64,000 nt of DNA from an uncultured Planctomycetota bacterium (GCA_963771445.1 CAVYTQ010000007.1:7572-71571); one strand, 5' to 3'; counted from the stretch's first letter, positions 34,185-45,003 are shown. The notes: generated by a model from the sequence alone, not told the origin. A program made the numbers and translations.

Positions 34185-34554
34185 TCACGCCTTGGGGCGG
34201 GTGCCCGGCAGAATCCCGAAGCCGGCGCCAGCGCCCGCGAGAACGAGCGAGGCGACCAGGATCACGGGGCGCCGATTGGTTCATGAATAAGGTTGTCTCG
34301 CGGATCGAGGCTTCGACCGCGTGATCCGGCTCGCGGCTCCCCGCGATGCCGCCGACAATCCCCCCGATGATCGCACCAGCCCCGGTGGAGAACACGATCC
34401 ACCAGAGCAGGCCGAACAGCAGCTTCCGATACCAGGGCGCGTTCCTGGTCGACTGACTCTGTTGCTTGAGCCTCTCGTCGAAGACCTCGCCGCAATAGCG
34501 GCACTTCACCGCGACGTCCTGGATCTGCTCGCGGCAGATGGGGCAGGGCTTCAT
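34185..34554 (-). CDS. zinc-ribbon membrane protein, copy B (one apparent frame break near 34265)
   Basis: MKPCPICREQIQDVAVKCRYCGEVF parallels copy A. After the break, the C-terminus RRPVILVASLVLAGAGAGFGILPGTRPKA aligns with copy A (SPVLLFIPGALAAAGAWFEVLPGTRPEDRR). Confidence 0.6.
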
Positions 34555-34728
34555 GGCCATATCCCTGTGCGAGGAGGAGATGGAGATCGGCCGTGTCCCC
34601 GACAGACCGGGCACAGGTGAACGCCCGGGGGACCCAGCCTCGACGGCTGATTCTGCCGGCGCCCGGCCCGCGAGGCAAGGGAAAAGCCGGCCGCGACCCG
34701 GGCGGCTGGCCGCCCGGAGACGACAAGG

Positions 34729-35906
34729 TCAGCCCGACGTCGGCGTGACCGGCAGGGATCGCCGGCGGCGAATCGTCACCAGGTCGCTGACCCATCCGCG
34801 GAGAGTGAACGGGATGAAGTTGAGCAGGGCAATCCCCGTGTAGGTCACCGGCACATACCGGAACCCGTGCCGGATCATCCAGAAGGCAACCCGGGCGGCC
34901 ATGCGGCCGCTCATCAACCCCGGGCCCATCGCCGAGCGGAAGGCCGACGGCACGATATGCCGGTAGAGCACGACCCGGTCCTGCATCAGCCGGGCGGCGG
35001 ATCGGGCGTAGACCCGCTTCGACCGGGCATAGGATTGCAGCTCGGCGATCCCGAAGGCGGGGTGACACTCGATTTCCGAGCCCACGCCCCAGACCTCGGA
35101 CGGGACCTGTCGCCCTCGCGTCTGTTCCTTGAACCGGTCGATCAGCGCCAGGAAGGAATGGCAGTTCGCCGCCATTGCATCCTCGCCCTTGGCCCCGTGC
35201 GCCAGGACGAGGATGTCGGCGTCCGCCATCTTGGCATCGGCGAGCGAGTAGTCGTCGTAGGTGTAATCCACGCCGAACTTGAGCGGGGTCACGCTTGCCC
35301 CCGCCGCCTTCCAGCAGTTCCTTCATGGCCGAACCGAACGCCCCCGATGCCCCCGTCAGCACCACGCGGCGACCCCGGATCTGGCAGGCCGTACCCATCA
35401 GCCGGTCGAACAGGGTCATGTATGAGCCGAGATAGTTATCCGGGTAGACGTGGTGCAAGGCATGATAGGGCGGTGTCACCAGCAAGGTCCCGTGCGCCAC
35501 CGAGAGCCGCTCGGCCGGAAGATGGTACAGGTCCTTGCCGCGGAGGAACAGCACGCCGACGAACAGCACCGTGAACGCGCCCATGACGAGGCCCACGGCC
35601 CGCGGATCCACCACGGCGAACGCCAGCGAGCAGACCGCCATCTGCGTCAGATATTCGGGGATGACGTGATGCCGCAGGTTGGCCGCGATCGCCTGGTCGT
35701 GGTACCGGAGCCGTCGGTCGAAGAAAACGTGATGCGCCAGATGGGGGCGCCGCCAGCCGTCGCAGCCAGGCCCAGCGCGACTTCAGGCACGCGTGGAGCG
35801 TGAAATGGATCGCATCGAAGACGAACGTCGCGAGCACGAACAGGACCAGGCCCTGGAGCAGCAGACCGGTCAACGGCCTCCATGAGTCGACGATCCAGGC
35901 GGGCAT
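34729..35906 (-). CDS. fused fatty-acid hydroxylase/sterol-desaturase-like membrane domain and short-chain dehydrogenase-like domain (two apparent frame breaks near 35760 and 35290)
   Basis: His boxes FDAIHFTLH, HLAHHVFFD (recovered frame) and YHALHHVYP, followed by VVLTGASGAFG (Rossmann). The pieces are track ORFs 35436..35906, 34262..35641 and 34729..35292. Confidence 0.7.
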
Positions 35907-36278
35907 GCCACGTTCCCTCGAGGTTTAGGCGCATTCAAAGCCGTCGGCGATTTTCCCTCGCCACGATCGAGAGAGCCTCGTCTTCAGCTCCCCACGCCCG
36001 GCGAAACCGGCCCTGGCCGATGTCCGTCCCATTCGCTTCGTCGCGAACGTTCCAACATATCTGTTTTTACCCGAACGCAAACCGTCACCCAAGCCCGGTT
36101 CACGCATTTTCCTCGGTCATCGCGGCCCACGGTACGCAGCCGCGAATCCCCAACCTACCTGAAGGGCGCAGGCTCGCGGTGCCCTCGATCGTGGCGGGCG
36201 GGCAAGGTTCCGTGGCCATTTGAGGCAACGGCGCCTGGAAAGTCATTCAAGATGTGCTGGAACTCGAACCCCAGGTCG

Positions 36279-36355
<77 letters not shown>

Positions 36356-36631
36356 TTGTCGGGCCCCGAGATCCTGAGGGACAATCCCCGTGAACGAGGA
36401 TCAACCAGGCCAGGAACTCCAAGCTTAGCCGATCATATCCACCCCCGCCGTCCAGTGCAATGCCTGGAGCCGCGAACTTTCTCTCTGGCGGGTGCTGCGG
36501 ATATCCGTAACCGGTCAATGGCGTGGAACTTGCACGGATTTCCGGGGGTTGCGACTCACTTGGGAGCGAGACGGAAAGAGCCTCTTGCAAGGGGAATGCT
36601 TCCCCGCATGAGGTATTCGAGGGTCAATGCG

Positions 36632-37230
36632 ATGCAACCCAGAATCCTGGGCGTCAGCGGCAGTCTGCGGCCCGATTCCTTGAGCCGCCGGGCCCTCGTG
36701 CTGGCCCTGGATTTCGCCGCGACCAGGGCGCCGAAACCCGCTTGCTCGACCTGAACCAGGTCGAACCTACCCATGTTCCGGCCGCATGGCCGTCCTTCCG
36801 GCGTCATCGCGTCGGTGACCGCCGACGTCGCCTGGGCCGATGCCTTCCTGCTGGCGACCCCCGACTATCACGGCGCGATCTCGGGAGCCATCAAGAACTT
36901 CCTCGACTATCACTGGGACGAGCTCGCCGGCAAGCTCTTCGGCTGCCTCTGCGCCTCGCATGGGGACGGCCACGGCGATGATCGACGGGTTGCAGGCGGC
37001 GGTCCGCCAGTGCCACGGCTGGAGCCTGCCTTACGGGGTCTCGCCCAGGGCGATGAGGACTTCGGCCATTCCGGGGCCCTGAACAACCCTCGCCTCGCCG
37101 CGCGGCTCGAGATGCTCGCTCGCGACGTCAGGATCTACGGTGCCCTGATCCGTTCGCAGTTCCAGGCGGACCTGAAAGAGGGCCGGCAAGACACCTTCGC
37201 GGCCCGGTACGGCAGGGGCGAGGCCGACCC
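36632..37230 (+). CDS. NADPH-dependent FMN reductase-like protein (at least two frame breaks; 3-prime end uncertain)
   Basis: MQPRILGVSGSLRPDSLSRRAL and ADAFLLATPDYHGAISGAIKNFLDY are typical of this family. The pieces are spread over track ORFs 36356..36754, 36773..37534 and 36840..37082. Confidence 0.6.
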
Positions 37231-37258
37231 CTGCCCCGCTCGAAAACGTCCTGCCGCC

Positions 37259-39410
37259 TCAGCGGCCCTCGTTGGTCCGCCAGATGCTCCGCAACTCGTA
37301 GACCTCCAGCCGCGTCGACGCCGGATCGGGCTCGCCGGTAATCCGGGCCTCGACGGCCGCGTCGCGCGGGTCCAGATTGATCGGAAATGGGACGTAGGTC
37401 AGGCCGTCCGAGGCGAAGACCTCGAGGGCCGTCCGGTCCGCGTAGACGATCAGCCGCTGCTTCCCGCCCACGAGGGGAGCCGGCGCGGCGAGGCCGCCGA
37501 CTCGGATCTCGCTCCGGGCCGCGTCGATAAGTGATCTCGACTCCGCGGACCTTGAGCGTCAGTACGCTCGCCTTGGCCGGGGCGAACTCCGCCCGGACCT
37601 CGAGCAACTCGCCGCTCGCGCCCGGCGGCGAGCTCGCCGCCCGGCTTGACCTTTCCGGATGTGCTTGACGATCGCCCGGGATCGCAGGCCGTGCAGCTCG
37701 TCAACCGGCTGCCAGGCCAGCCTCGGGCCATCGGGCGTGGTGCGCAGGTCCCAGCCCATGGGGAGCGACATGCCCTGGTTGAATGGCATGCCCGGCGTCG
37801 CGGTCTGGAGCCAGCCGACCTGGACGACGCCGCCCGCGGGGTCGTCGCTGAAGGTCTGCGCCGCGTAGAATCCCCGGCCGCGATGGCCCGGCAGCTTCGG
37901 GCGTCTCGGGGTGGAATCGCTCGCCGTCGAAGGTGCCGACCATGTACTCGCTGCTGGCGGCCGTCAGCACCCACTTGCGTCGGCCCGCGTCGCCGTCGAC
38001 CGGCAGCTCGAACAGGTCGGGGCATTCGAAGAAGCCGTCGATGTGGCTCCGATACGTCCAGGCCTTCAGGTCGGCCGAGGTGTAGAAGGCGATCCACCGC
38101 TTCGCGTCGGACTCGTCGTAGACGGCCATGTACCCACCGCCGGGTCGGCTCGTGCCAGAGCAAGCGAGGGTCGCGGCCCTTGATGCTGGATGACCGGGTT
38201 GCCCGCGAACTCGGTCCAGGTCCGCCCGCGGTCGTTGCGAGTACACGATGCACTCGCCGCGCCCCGTGCTGGTGTAGGCGGCGACCAGCAGCTCGTTCTC
38301 GCCCTGCTTCCATCCCGAGGTGTTGAGCCGGTCCACGACCGGCGCTGCCCGAGAAGGCCCAGTCGCCGAACCGTCGCGGATAGAGCGCGATCGGCAGTTC
38401 CCGCCAGTGCACCAGGTCGGGGCTCACCGCGTGGCCCCAGTGCATGTTGCCCCAGTCCCAGCCGTAAGGGTTGTGCTGGAAGTAGAGGTGATACTCGCCG
38501 TCGGCGTGGACCAGCCCGTTCGGGTCGTTGTTCCAGCCGCGGCGGGGGGAGAAGTGGAACTGCGCCCGCAGGGGCTCGCGATAATCGGTCGGCGGCGCTG
38601 AGGAGCTCGTCGGCCTGGCGGACGTCGCCGCAAGGCGCGACGAGTCGTCGGCCAGTCGATCGACGCGCAGGACGGCCGGCTTTCCCCGCCAGGCGCCGAC
38701 GTCGAGATGGGCCCACCAGCCGGGGTCGTCGGCCAGCTCGATCTCGAATTCGCGGACGGTGCGGCCGTTGACGACCAGCGACATCCGCCGCTTCTTGGCC
38801 GCCCGTCTTCACCGGAAGCGGCAGGTAGCGCTGCTCGAGCGTCAGCTCGCGGGAGGCGTCGTGGAGTGTCCCGGGCGCCTTGCGATCGGTCAGGACGATC
38901 TGGTCGACGTTGATGTGCCCCCAGCCGCCGGTCGCGCGGTCCACGATCTGCAGCCGGGCCGTCTTGCCGGCCAGGTCGTGAACGTCCCAGCCGGCCGGCT
39001 CGAGGCGTTCGCCGCCGCCGGGCTCGGTATTCGGGCCGGCGGCCGTGCGGACCACGCTTCCGTCGACCATCAGGTTGATGCACGTTTCGCCCGGCCAGCC
39101 GCCTCCTCCGATCAGAAACTGGATTGACGACCGATCGATCGTGAACGGCGGGAGACGTGAGCGCGCCCGGTCGACACCGTCGCCGCCGGCGAACGAGTTG
39201 ACGAGACCCCGGCCGAGGAAGCCCTCGACGGCCATCTGGCCCGGGAGTGTGCCCCGCGCCGGGGCCCGGCCGAAGGCGTTGCCCTCGACGGTCCAGTCCC
39301 GTAATCGTCCCCCTCGAAGTCGGCGATCACGATGTCGGGGGATTGCGCCTGGCCGCCGGAAAGCCCGCACCGATGCCGAACACGAAGAACAGTCGAACGA
39401 TTCGCTTCAA
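37259..39410 (-). pseudogene. glycoside hydrolase family 32 (levanase/fructosidase-like) with N-terminal lectin-like domain; at least nine frame changes (pseudogene or very error-dense stretch)
   Basis: GH32 motifs are recovered across all three frames: FHFSPRRGWNNDPNG, AFSGSA, GRDPRLLW and FFECPDLF. A C-terminal beta-sandwich follows (LIVYADRTALEVFASDG). The signal peptide LKRIVRLFFVFGIGAG starts at a TTG at 39410. Confidence 0.75.
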
Positions 39411-39582
39411 CGCGCACACGGTGGTCCCTTCATCAGGACGAGACTCGAATCGTATGGATCATGGGGGATCGGCTTGCCGGTCCTCGCCCGTCCCCGACCT
39501 TCCGGGATGGGCCGCCATGGGAACGGAGGGCGAGTGGAGACACCCCGCAAGGTTGTCCCCACTCGCCCCTCGCCCCTCGCTC

Positions 39583-40389
39583 TTACTTCTTCTTGGTCGT
39601 GCTGCGCTTGGGCTTCTCGGACGGCAGGACGGACTTGGCGGCACCCGAAACCGCGCCGACGGCCGCGCCCGAGGCGAGCTCGCCGAGGACTTCCTTCGTA
39701 CCGTGCCCACCCGCCTGTGCGGGCGAGGCGGCGAGCTTGGTGGTCGTGCCGGGAGCCACGGCGGTCGGCTCCTTGGCGACGGCGGCCGCCGCGCCCGTGA
39801 TGGCCCCGACGACCGCGCCGGCGACCATGGTGTCGAGGACCTCGCCGGTCTTCTCGACCAGGCTCTTGGCCGCCGACTTGGCTCCGGCCTTCGGCCGTGT
39901 CGATGCCTTGCTCGATCCGGCCGACTTGCCCTTCGACGCCGACGCCGAGGCCGATTTTCCGGCCTTGCTGGCCGATGCCGACGACGAGCGGGTCGGGTTG
40001 GTCGAGGTCGCCTTGGCCTTGATCTGGACCTTGGGCGCCGTGGCGGGCTTCTTGGTCGAAGCGGCGGACGAACCGGACCCCTTTGTGGAAGCGGTCGGTC
40101 CCTTGGATGTGGGCTTGGTGGACTTCGAGGCGCTTCCGCTGGCGGCGGACGAGCGGCCTGCGGACTTCTTCTTGACGGACGGCATGGGTGTCTCCGAATC
40201 GGGTTCGATGGAGGAGAGACGTGGGTGGAACAGGTGATGCTTCAGCTCGTCGAGGTGGCGAGCCAGCTCTTCGCGGGTCTCGGCGATTGCGGCGCGGAGG
40301 GCCGACGGACCGGACTCCCGGCCCTCCCGGTCGTCGTCGTCGCCGATCACGACGGACCCGTTGGCCCGGCGATCTGATCCTTGAGCCAT
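39583..40389 (-). CDS. DUF3618-like small protein with long Lys/Ser/Ala/Thr-rich tail (268 aa)
   Basis: The N-terminal helix LRAAIAETREELARHLDELKHHL resembles DUF3618 (from memory). About 110 aa of low complexity follow (KKKSAGRSSAASGSASKSTKPTSKG...). Then come two Gly/Ala-zipper-like segments (MVAGAVVGAITGAAAAV and LASGAAVGAVSGAA). Confidence 0.55.
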   Translation of the reverse strand: MAQGSDRRANGSVVIGDDDDREGRESGPSALRAAIAETREELARHLDELKHHLFHPRLSSIEPDSETPMPSVKKKSAGRSSAASGSASKSTKPTSKGPTASTKGSGSSAASTKKPATAPKVQIKAKATSTNPTRSSSASASKAGKSASASASKGKSAGSSKASTRPKAGAKSAAKSLVEKTGEVLDTMVAGAVVGAITGAAAAVAKEPTAVAPGTTTKLAASPAQAGGHGTKEVLGELASGAAVGAVSGAAKSVLPSEKPKRSTTKKK

Positions 40390-40772
40390 GAGAGGTCCTC
40401 GCGAAGGGCGGCGATCGTCTCGCGCGGGACGAGGCGCACGCTCGCCGCTCGGCGGGCACCGGCCGCGGCCAGTTCGTACCCGGCCGCGGCCATCGCGCCT
40501 CCGACCAAACCATAGCATCCCCACAGGGGAATGCGCGTCGCCTTGTGCAGCCCGTGGACGATCATCAACGCCCCGAGCATCCCGCCGGCTGCGACCAGCC
40601 CCGCGCCGGCCCCGACCGCGGCAAGGGCCACGGGCATCGGGGCGAGACCCTCGCGGATGTCCTCGCGGACCAGCGCCGCGTGCTGGCTGGCGAGCCGCTC
40701 GGCATCGCCGATGATCGCGTGGACCAGGCCCGACATCTCTTTCAGCTCACGCCCGGCCGGGTCGCGCGCCAT
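40347..40772 (-). CDS. two-TM Holin-X/Phage_holin_3_6-like membrane protein
   Basis: An amphipathic N-terminus (DAERLASQHAALVREDIREG) is followed by two Gly/Ala-rich TM helices and a C-terminal helix (ETIAALREDLSWLKDQ). The architecture matches that family from memory. The 3-prime end overlaps the next gene by 43 nt. Confidence 0.55.
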   Translation of the reverse strand: MARDPAGRELKEMSGLVHAIIGDAERLASQHAALVREDIREGLAPMPVALAAVGAGAGLVAAGGMLGALMIVHGLHKATRIPLWGCYGLVGGAMAAAGYELAAAGARRAASVRLVPRETIAALREDLSWLKDQIAGPTGPS

Positions 40773-40836
40773 GATTCCTCTCCTGCGAGCCTCGGGGATC
40801 ACTCGGCACGACTCGGGCCGGACGGTCGCACGCTGA

Positions 40837-41310
40837 TCAGCGGGATTTCGCCTTGGGACTCGACGACTTGGCCGACGACTTCGGCGTCCCCGACGACGAC
40901 GACTTGGCCGACGACGACTTGGCCGACGAGCCCTTCGCCTTGGTGGTCGCTTTCTTGGTCGGAGAGGACGTCGCCTTCGCCTTGGCGGTCGCGCCTCCAC
41001 CCGTCGAGCGGTCCGAGCCGCCCGCGCTGGACTTCGCCGACTTCGCCGACTTTGTCAACGACTTGGCCTTCGGCGTCGCCTTGCCGCCAATCGATTCCTT
41101 CACGCTCTCGATCGCCTTGGCACCCGCCTTGGCGACCGCCTCGGCGCCCTCGGCGACCGTCTCGCCGATCGAGCGGAGTACACTGCCCGCCCCGCGCCCG
41201 CGCCCACGGCGGCCTTCTTCGCCTGCTTGACCGCCGGCTTCACAACGTCCGACGCGGACTTGCCGGCGCAGGCTCAGCGTGCCCTTGCTGCTCTTCTTGC
41301 CCTGACTCAT
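40837..41310 (-). CDS. small basic protein with Ala/Lys helical core and Lys/Ser/Ala-rich tail (157 aa)
   Basis: The core SIGETVAEGAEAVAKAGAKAIESVKESIGGK is followed by a tail (SAKSAKSSAGG...KSSSAKSSSSGTPKSSAKSSSPKAKSR). First gene of the three-gene minus-strand cluster. Confidence 0.5.
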   Translation of the reverse strand: MSQGKKSSKGTLSLRRQVRVGRCEAGGQAGEEGRRGRGRGAGSVLRSIGETVAEGAEAVAKAGAKAIESVKESIGGKATPKAKSLTKSAKSAKSSAGGSDRSTGGGATAKAKATSSPTKKATTKAKGSSAKSSSAKSSSSGTPKSSAKSSSPKAKSR

Positions 41311-42026
41311 GGGGAACCTCTCGCGTTAGAGACTCGGTGCCGAATGCCATCAACCCGGTGATCCGTCTCGCACCGCTCGGCCTGTCGCCGGCTCGACTCC
41401 GTCCCTCATCGGCGATTCCATTCCAGAGGATTGGCAATTCTCATGCCGTCACATCAGCGTGGGCCACATCACGGACGACCCGACGCACATTGTCCGCCCG
41501 TCAGCGACCGCTAATCCATGCCCCCCTTCCCGTGAAGATGATTTTGATACCTGGTAACCTTCACATCACGATTCACAGGGATACCACCTCTGGACCGCCC
41601 CGGCAAAGCGGAGAAACGGCCCACTCGCCACGCCATCCTCGACCGGGCGACCCGGGCGGACAGGCATCGCGCCGTGATGGCCGAGGCCGGCCCACCCGCG
41701 CGGCCCGCGCGAGTGCGGTCGGCCCCTGGTTCCACGAACTTTACCACACGCGCCGCGGAAAGGCTCGTCCTTTCGCGCGATCGCGCAATTCCGCGCCCTT
41801 CGGCTGCGAAGCGCAGCTGCGCAAGGCGCTGCATCCGCGGGATCTCGCGGCGCATCGAGGTCATCGAATCGTCCGCGCTCGTCGCCCGCCGGCCGGCCTC
41901 GGCCGCGAATCCCGACGCGGCCGGCGGATCGTCTCCAGGGCCGCTCTGGGTCCGCGAGATGAGACTGGCGTTGCTCACTGGCCCGGCGGCTCCAGATCTG
42001 CGAAACTCCACCCACCGAACGAGAAT

Positions 42027-43499
42027 ATGAGGTGGAGTGCGGTGAACGCGCAGAAGCTCGTTGCAATGAGTCAGGCGAGGTGGCCGATCCGCTACGGTAT
42101 CGGCCTGGCGGCCACCGCCGCCACCATGGCGTTGCTCAGCCATCCCAGCCTCAACGGCCTGGCTCATATGATCTATCTGGTCGTGCTGGTGATCGCCTGG
42201 CTGGGGGGGCTGGGGCCGGCGATCCTCTCGGTCGGCCTGTTCACGGCCGTCATGATCCACAGCACGCTCGGCGAGGGACTACCGATCACGCGGTCTCGCG
42301 TCCTGGCGCTGCTGGTATTCGCGACGGGTGCGGCGATGATTCCGGTACTCGTCGAGGCCCTGCACGCCGCGGTCCGCCGCGTCGAAGCCGGCCGCCGGTG
42401 GCTCTCGGCGGTCCTCTCCGGCATCGGCGACGCGGTGATCGCCACCGACGATCGCGGCGCGCGTCCTGTTCATGAACAAGGTCGCCGAATCGCTCTGCGG
42501 CTGGCGGGCGTCGGACGCCGCAGGCCGGCCGCTCGCGGATGTGTTTCGGATTGTCAACGAGAACACGCGCGAGCCGGTCGAAAGCCCCGTCGACCGCGTG
42601 CTGGCCGAGGGGGTGACCGTCGGCCTGGCCAATCACACGATCCTCGTCGCCCGCGACGGATCCGAGCGGCCGATCGACGACAGCGGCGCCCCGATCCGGG
42701 GCCTCGACGGGCGGGTGAACGGCGTGGTCCTGGTCTTCCGCGACGTCACCGAGCGCCGCCAGGCGGACGCACGGATCGCCGAGGAGGTCCGGCGCAAGGA
42801 TGAGTTCCTGGCGATGCTGGCGCACGAGCTGCGGAATCCGCTGGCCGCGATCGCCAACGCCGTCCAGATCCTGCTGCATCCGGACGCCGTCGAGTCGCAG
42901 CCCTGGTGCCGCGAGGTCATCGACCGCCAGGTCCGGCAGCTCACCCGCCTGGTGGACGACCTGCTGGATATTTCGCGGGTCAGCCGCGGCAAGATCGAGC
43001 TCCGCCCGCAGCGGGTCGACATGGCCTTCATCGTCCGATCGGCGGCGCAGGCGGTCCGCCCGCTGGTCGACGAGCGTCGCCACGAGCTGCACCTCTCGAT
43101 CGATCCCGAGGCGATCGAGCTCGACGCCGACCCGGTGCGTCTCGAGCAGGTCTTCGTCAACCTGTTCAACAACGCCGCCAAGTACACCGAGCCGGGCGGC
43201 CGCATCGCCATCGAGGCCACCCTCGACGCGAGCCACGCGGTCGTCCGCGTCACCGACACGGGCATCGGCATCCCGCCCGATCTGCTTGCCCCGCGTCTTC
43301 GACCTGTTCACCCAGGGCGACCGCACGCCGTCGCGGTCCGAGGGGGGCCTGGGCATCGGCCTGAGCATGGTCCAGAAGCTCGTCGAGCTGCACGGCGGCC
43401 AGGTCGAGGTCCGAAGCGACGGCCCCGGCCGGGGCAGCCGCCTTCACCGTCCGCCTGCCGGCCGTGGCCGCGACCTCGCCGGCCCCGGGCCAGGTCTGA
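42027..43499 (+). CDS. sensor histidine kinase (TM region, PAS, HisKA, HATPase_c; three apparent frame breaks near 42465, 43290 and 43430)
   Basis: H-box [14 protein letters not shown]-box [14 protein letters not shown]1 VTDTGIGI and G2 [10 protein letters not shown]. The PAS-like segment is AVIATDDRG...[12 protein letters not shown]. The pieces are in track ORFs 40545..42803, 42472..43716 and 42800..43981. Confidence 0.85.
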
Positions 43500-43544
43500 C
43501 CCGCCGCGGTCCTCGTCGCTCCGGCACCCCGCGCGGGATGGCGA

Positions 43545-44052
43545 TCAGCTCCGCGGCGGCAGGGCGCTTTCGATGGCCCCCGCGAGCTCCTCGGGCCGCT
43601 GGCTGCCGATCACCAGGATCGAGCCGTCGGCCAGCTCGAGCCGCACGCCGCGGTTGCCCCGCGCGATCAGCGCACGGTCGCCGTCGCGTCCCGAGCGAAC
43701 CCCCCAGAACCCGTAGTCGGCGATCGGGCGGAACGACACCAGCTCGACGCGGCGGACCTCGCCGATCGGGACGACCCGGCGATAGAACGGCACCCAGCCG
43801 AACCAGACACGGACGTCCGTCGGCGTCGACCTCGGTGGTCATCCGCAGCACGAAGACGGCGACGAACAGCAGCAGGCCAATGCCGATCACCAGCCCCACC
43901 AGCAGGTCCGTCGACCAGGCGGTGGCGTTGTGCAGCAGGCCGGCCGCGGTCAGGGCCTCGACGGCCCCGATCATCGCGTAGATCCGCCAGTCGAAATACT
44001 GCTCCTCGCGGAACAGTGCCGTCGCGGGTTGAAAGGTCGCCACCGAGGACAC
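43545..44052 (-). CDS. hypothetical membrane protein (two TM helices plus ~90-aa soluble domain; one apparent frame break near 43805)
   Basis: GTG start. The TM segments are [17 protein letters not shown] and [20 protein letters not shown]. The C-terminal part ([31 protein letters not shown]...) is in track ORF 43545..43793. Confidence 0.5.
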
Positions 44053-44054
44053 GC

Positions 44055-44951
44055 TCAGGGTCCTCCTTCGCGATCGATGTCCGTGCCGGCGGGTCCACGG
44101 GGCGGTTCTGCGCCGGGATGCTCCAGTCGCGGGCCCAGCACCCGGTCGAGCGCCCGCCGTCCCATGTCCGACACCCGATCCGCGGCAACCCGCCAGAGCT
44201 GCGGGTTGAGGACCTCGAGCGCGACGTGGCCGTCGTAGCCGATGGCCGCCAGCCGGTCGAGGATCGCGCCGAGCGGGATGTCGCCGTCGCCGGGCAGGAT
44301 GCGGTCGGCGTCGCCGGCCAGCTCGCGCGGGACGCCGCTCACGTCGCAGAGCTGCACCCAGGCGATCAGCTCGGCCGGCAGCCCCTCCAGGTCCGCGAGC
44401 TTGCTCGGCCCGTTGTGGAAGTGGAACGCGTCAAGGCAGATGCCCGCGTGCGGGCTGCCGCATTGCGCCACCATGGCGACGGCCGTCTCCAGGCACGCGC
44501 AGATCGGCGAGCTCTTCTGGAATTCCAGCGCGATCCGCACGCCCGCCGAGCCGGCCAGCTCGGCCGCTTCGCCCAGCGCGGCGGCGGCCCGTGCCAGGTC
44601 GTCGACCTCGGGCGTCCAGGCCGCTCCCCCGGGCGACGCGTCGGCCGCCAGGATCAGCGTGGGGACCCTCAGCTCGGCCAGCAGCTCCAGCCGACGCCGG
44701 AAATGGTCCCAGTGGGCGGCCCGCCCGGCCCCTTGTGAAAGCAGCAATCCTCCCTGGCCGGCCGCGGCGGCCAGGACCACGCCCGACGACTCGAACAGCG
44801 CGGCCGCCTCGGCGGCCGAGTGCGCCTGTACGTACGATTCCAGCTTCGTCAGCCAGAGCTCGACGGCAGGCCAGCCCCCGTTCCGGTACGCCGAGGCGTC
44901 CGACTCGAACGGGTTCATCAGGGTGGTCACCTGGCTGATGCAAGGTTTCAT
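44055..44951 (-). CDS. sugar phosphate isomerase/epimerase (xylose-isomerase-like TIM barrel)
   Basis: Typical AP_endonuc_2-type pattern: IALEFQ, CLDAFHF, LCDVSG and GYDGHVALEV. Start set at MKPCISQVTT. Confidence 0.8.
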   Translation of the reverse strand: MKPCISQVTTLMNPFESDASAYRNGGWPAVELWLTKLESYVQAHSAAEAAALFESSGVVLAAAAGQGGLLLSQGAGRAAHWDHFRRRLELLAELRVPTLILAADASPGGAAWTPEVDDLARAAAALGEAAELAGSAGVRIALEFQKSSPICACLETAVAMVAQCGSPHAGICLDAFHFHNGPSKLADLEGLPAELIAWVQLCDVSGVPRELAGDADRILPGDGDIPLGAILDRLAAIGYDGHVALEVLNPQLWRVAADRVSDMGRRALDRVLGPRLEHPGAEPPRGPAGTDIDREGGP

Positions 44952-45003
44952 GATGCGTGCCCGGGTCCCGCGACCGCGACGGTATAGACCGCGCCGACGA
45001 CGA

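Larger units (their letters stand above)
33387..34713. repeat. tandem duplication (units about 676 and 640 bp), each carrying a zinc-ribbon membrane-protein gene plus its 5-prime leader
   Basis: The 35-mer gctggccgccgacgccggatacctgatccgcgagg occurs identically at 33387-33421 (inside the CRTAC1-like gene 3-prime end) and at 34063-34097. Blocks 33841-34062 and 34490-34712 align by eye at roughly nine of ten positions. Confidence 0.8.

Noticed and set aside
40545-42803. 752-aa plus-strand ORF spanning the three-gene cluster and the histidine kinase start
   Set aside because: Only its last ~145 aa (from MRWSAVNAQ at 42027) are real coding sequence, namely the kinase N-terminus. The rest is antisense or intergenic read-through with Pro/Arg/Ser/Trp-rich composition.
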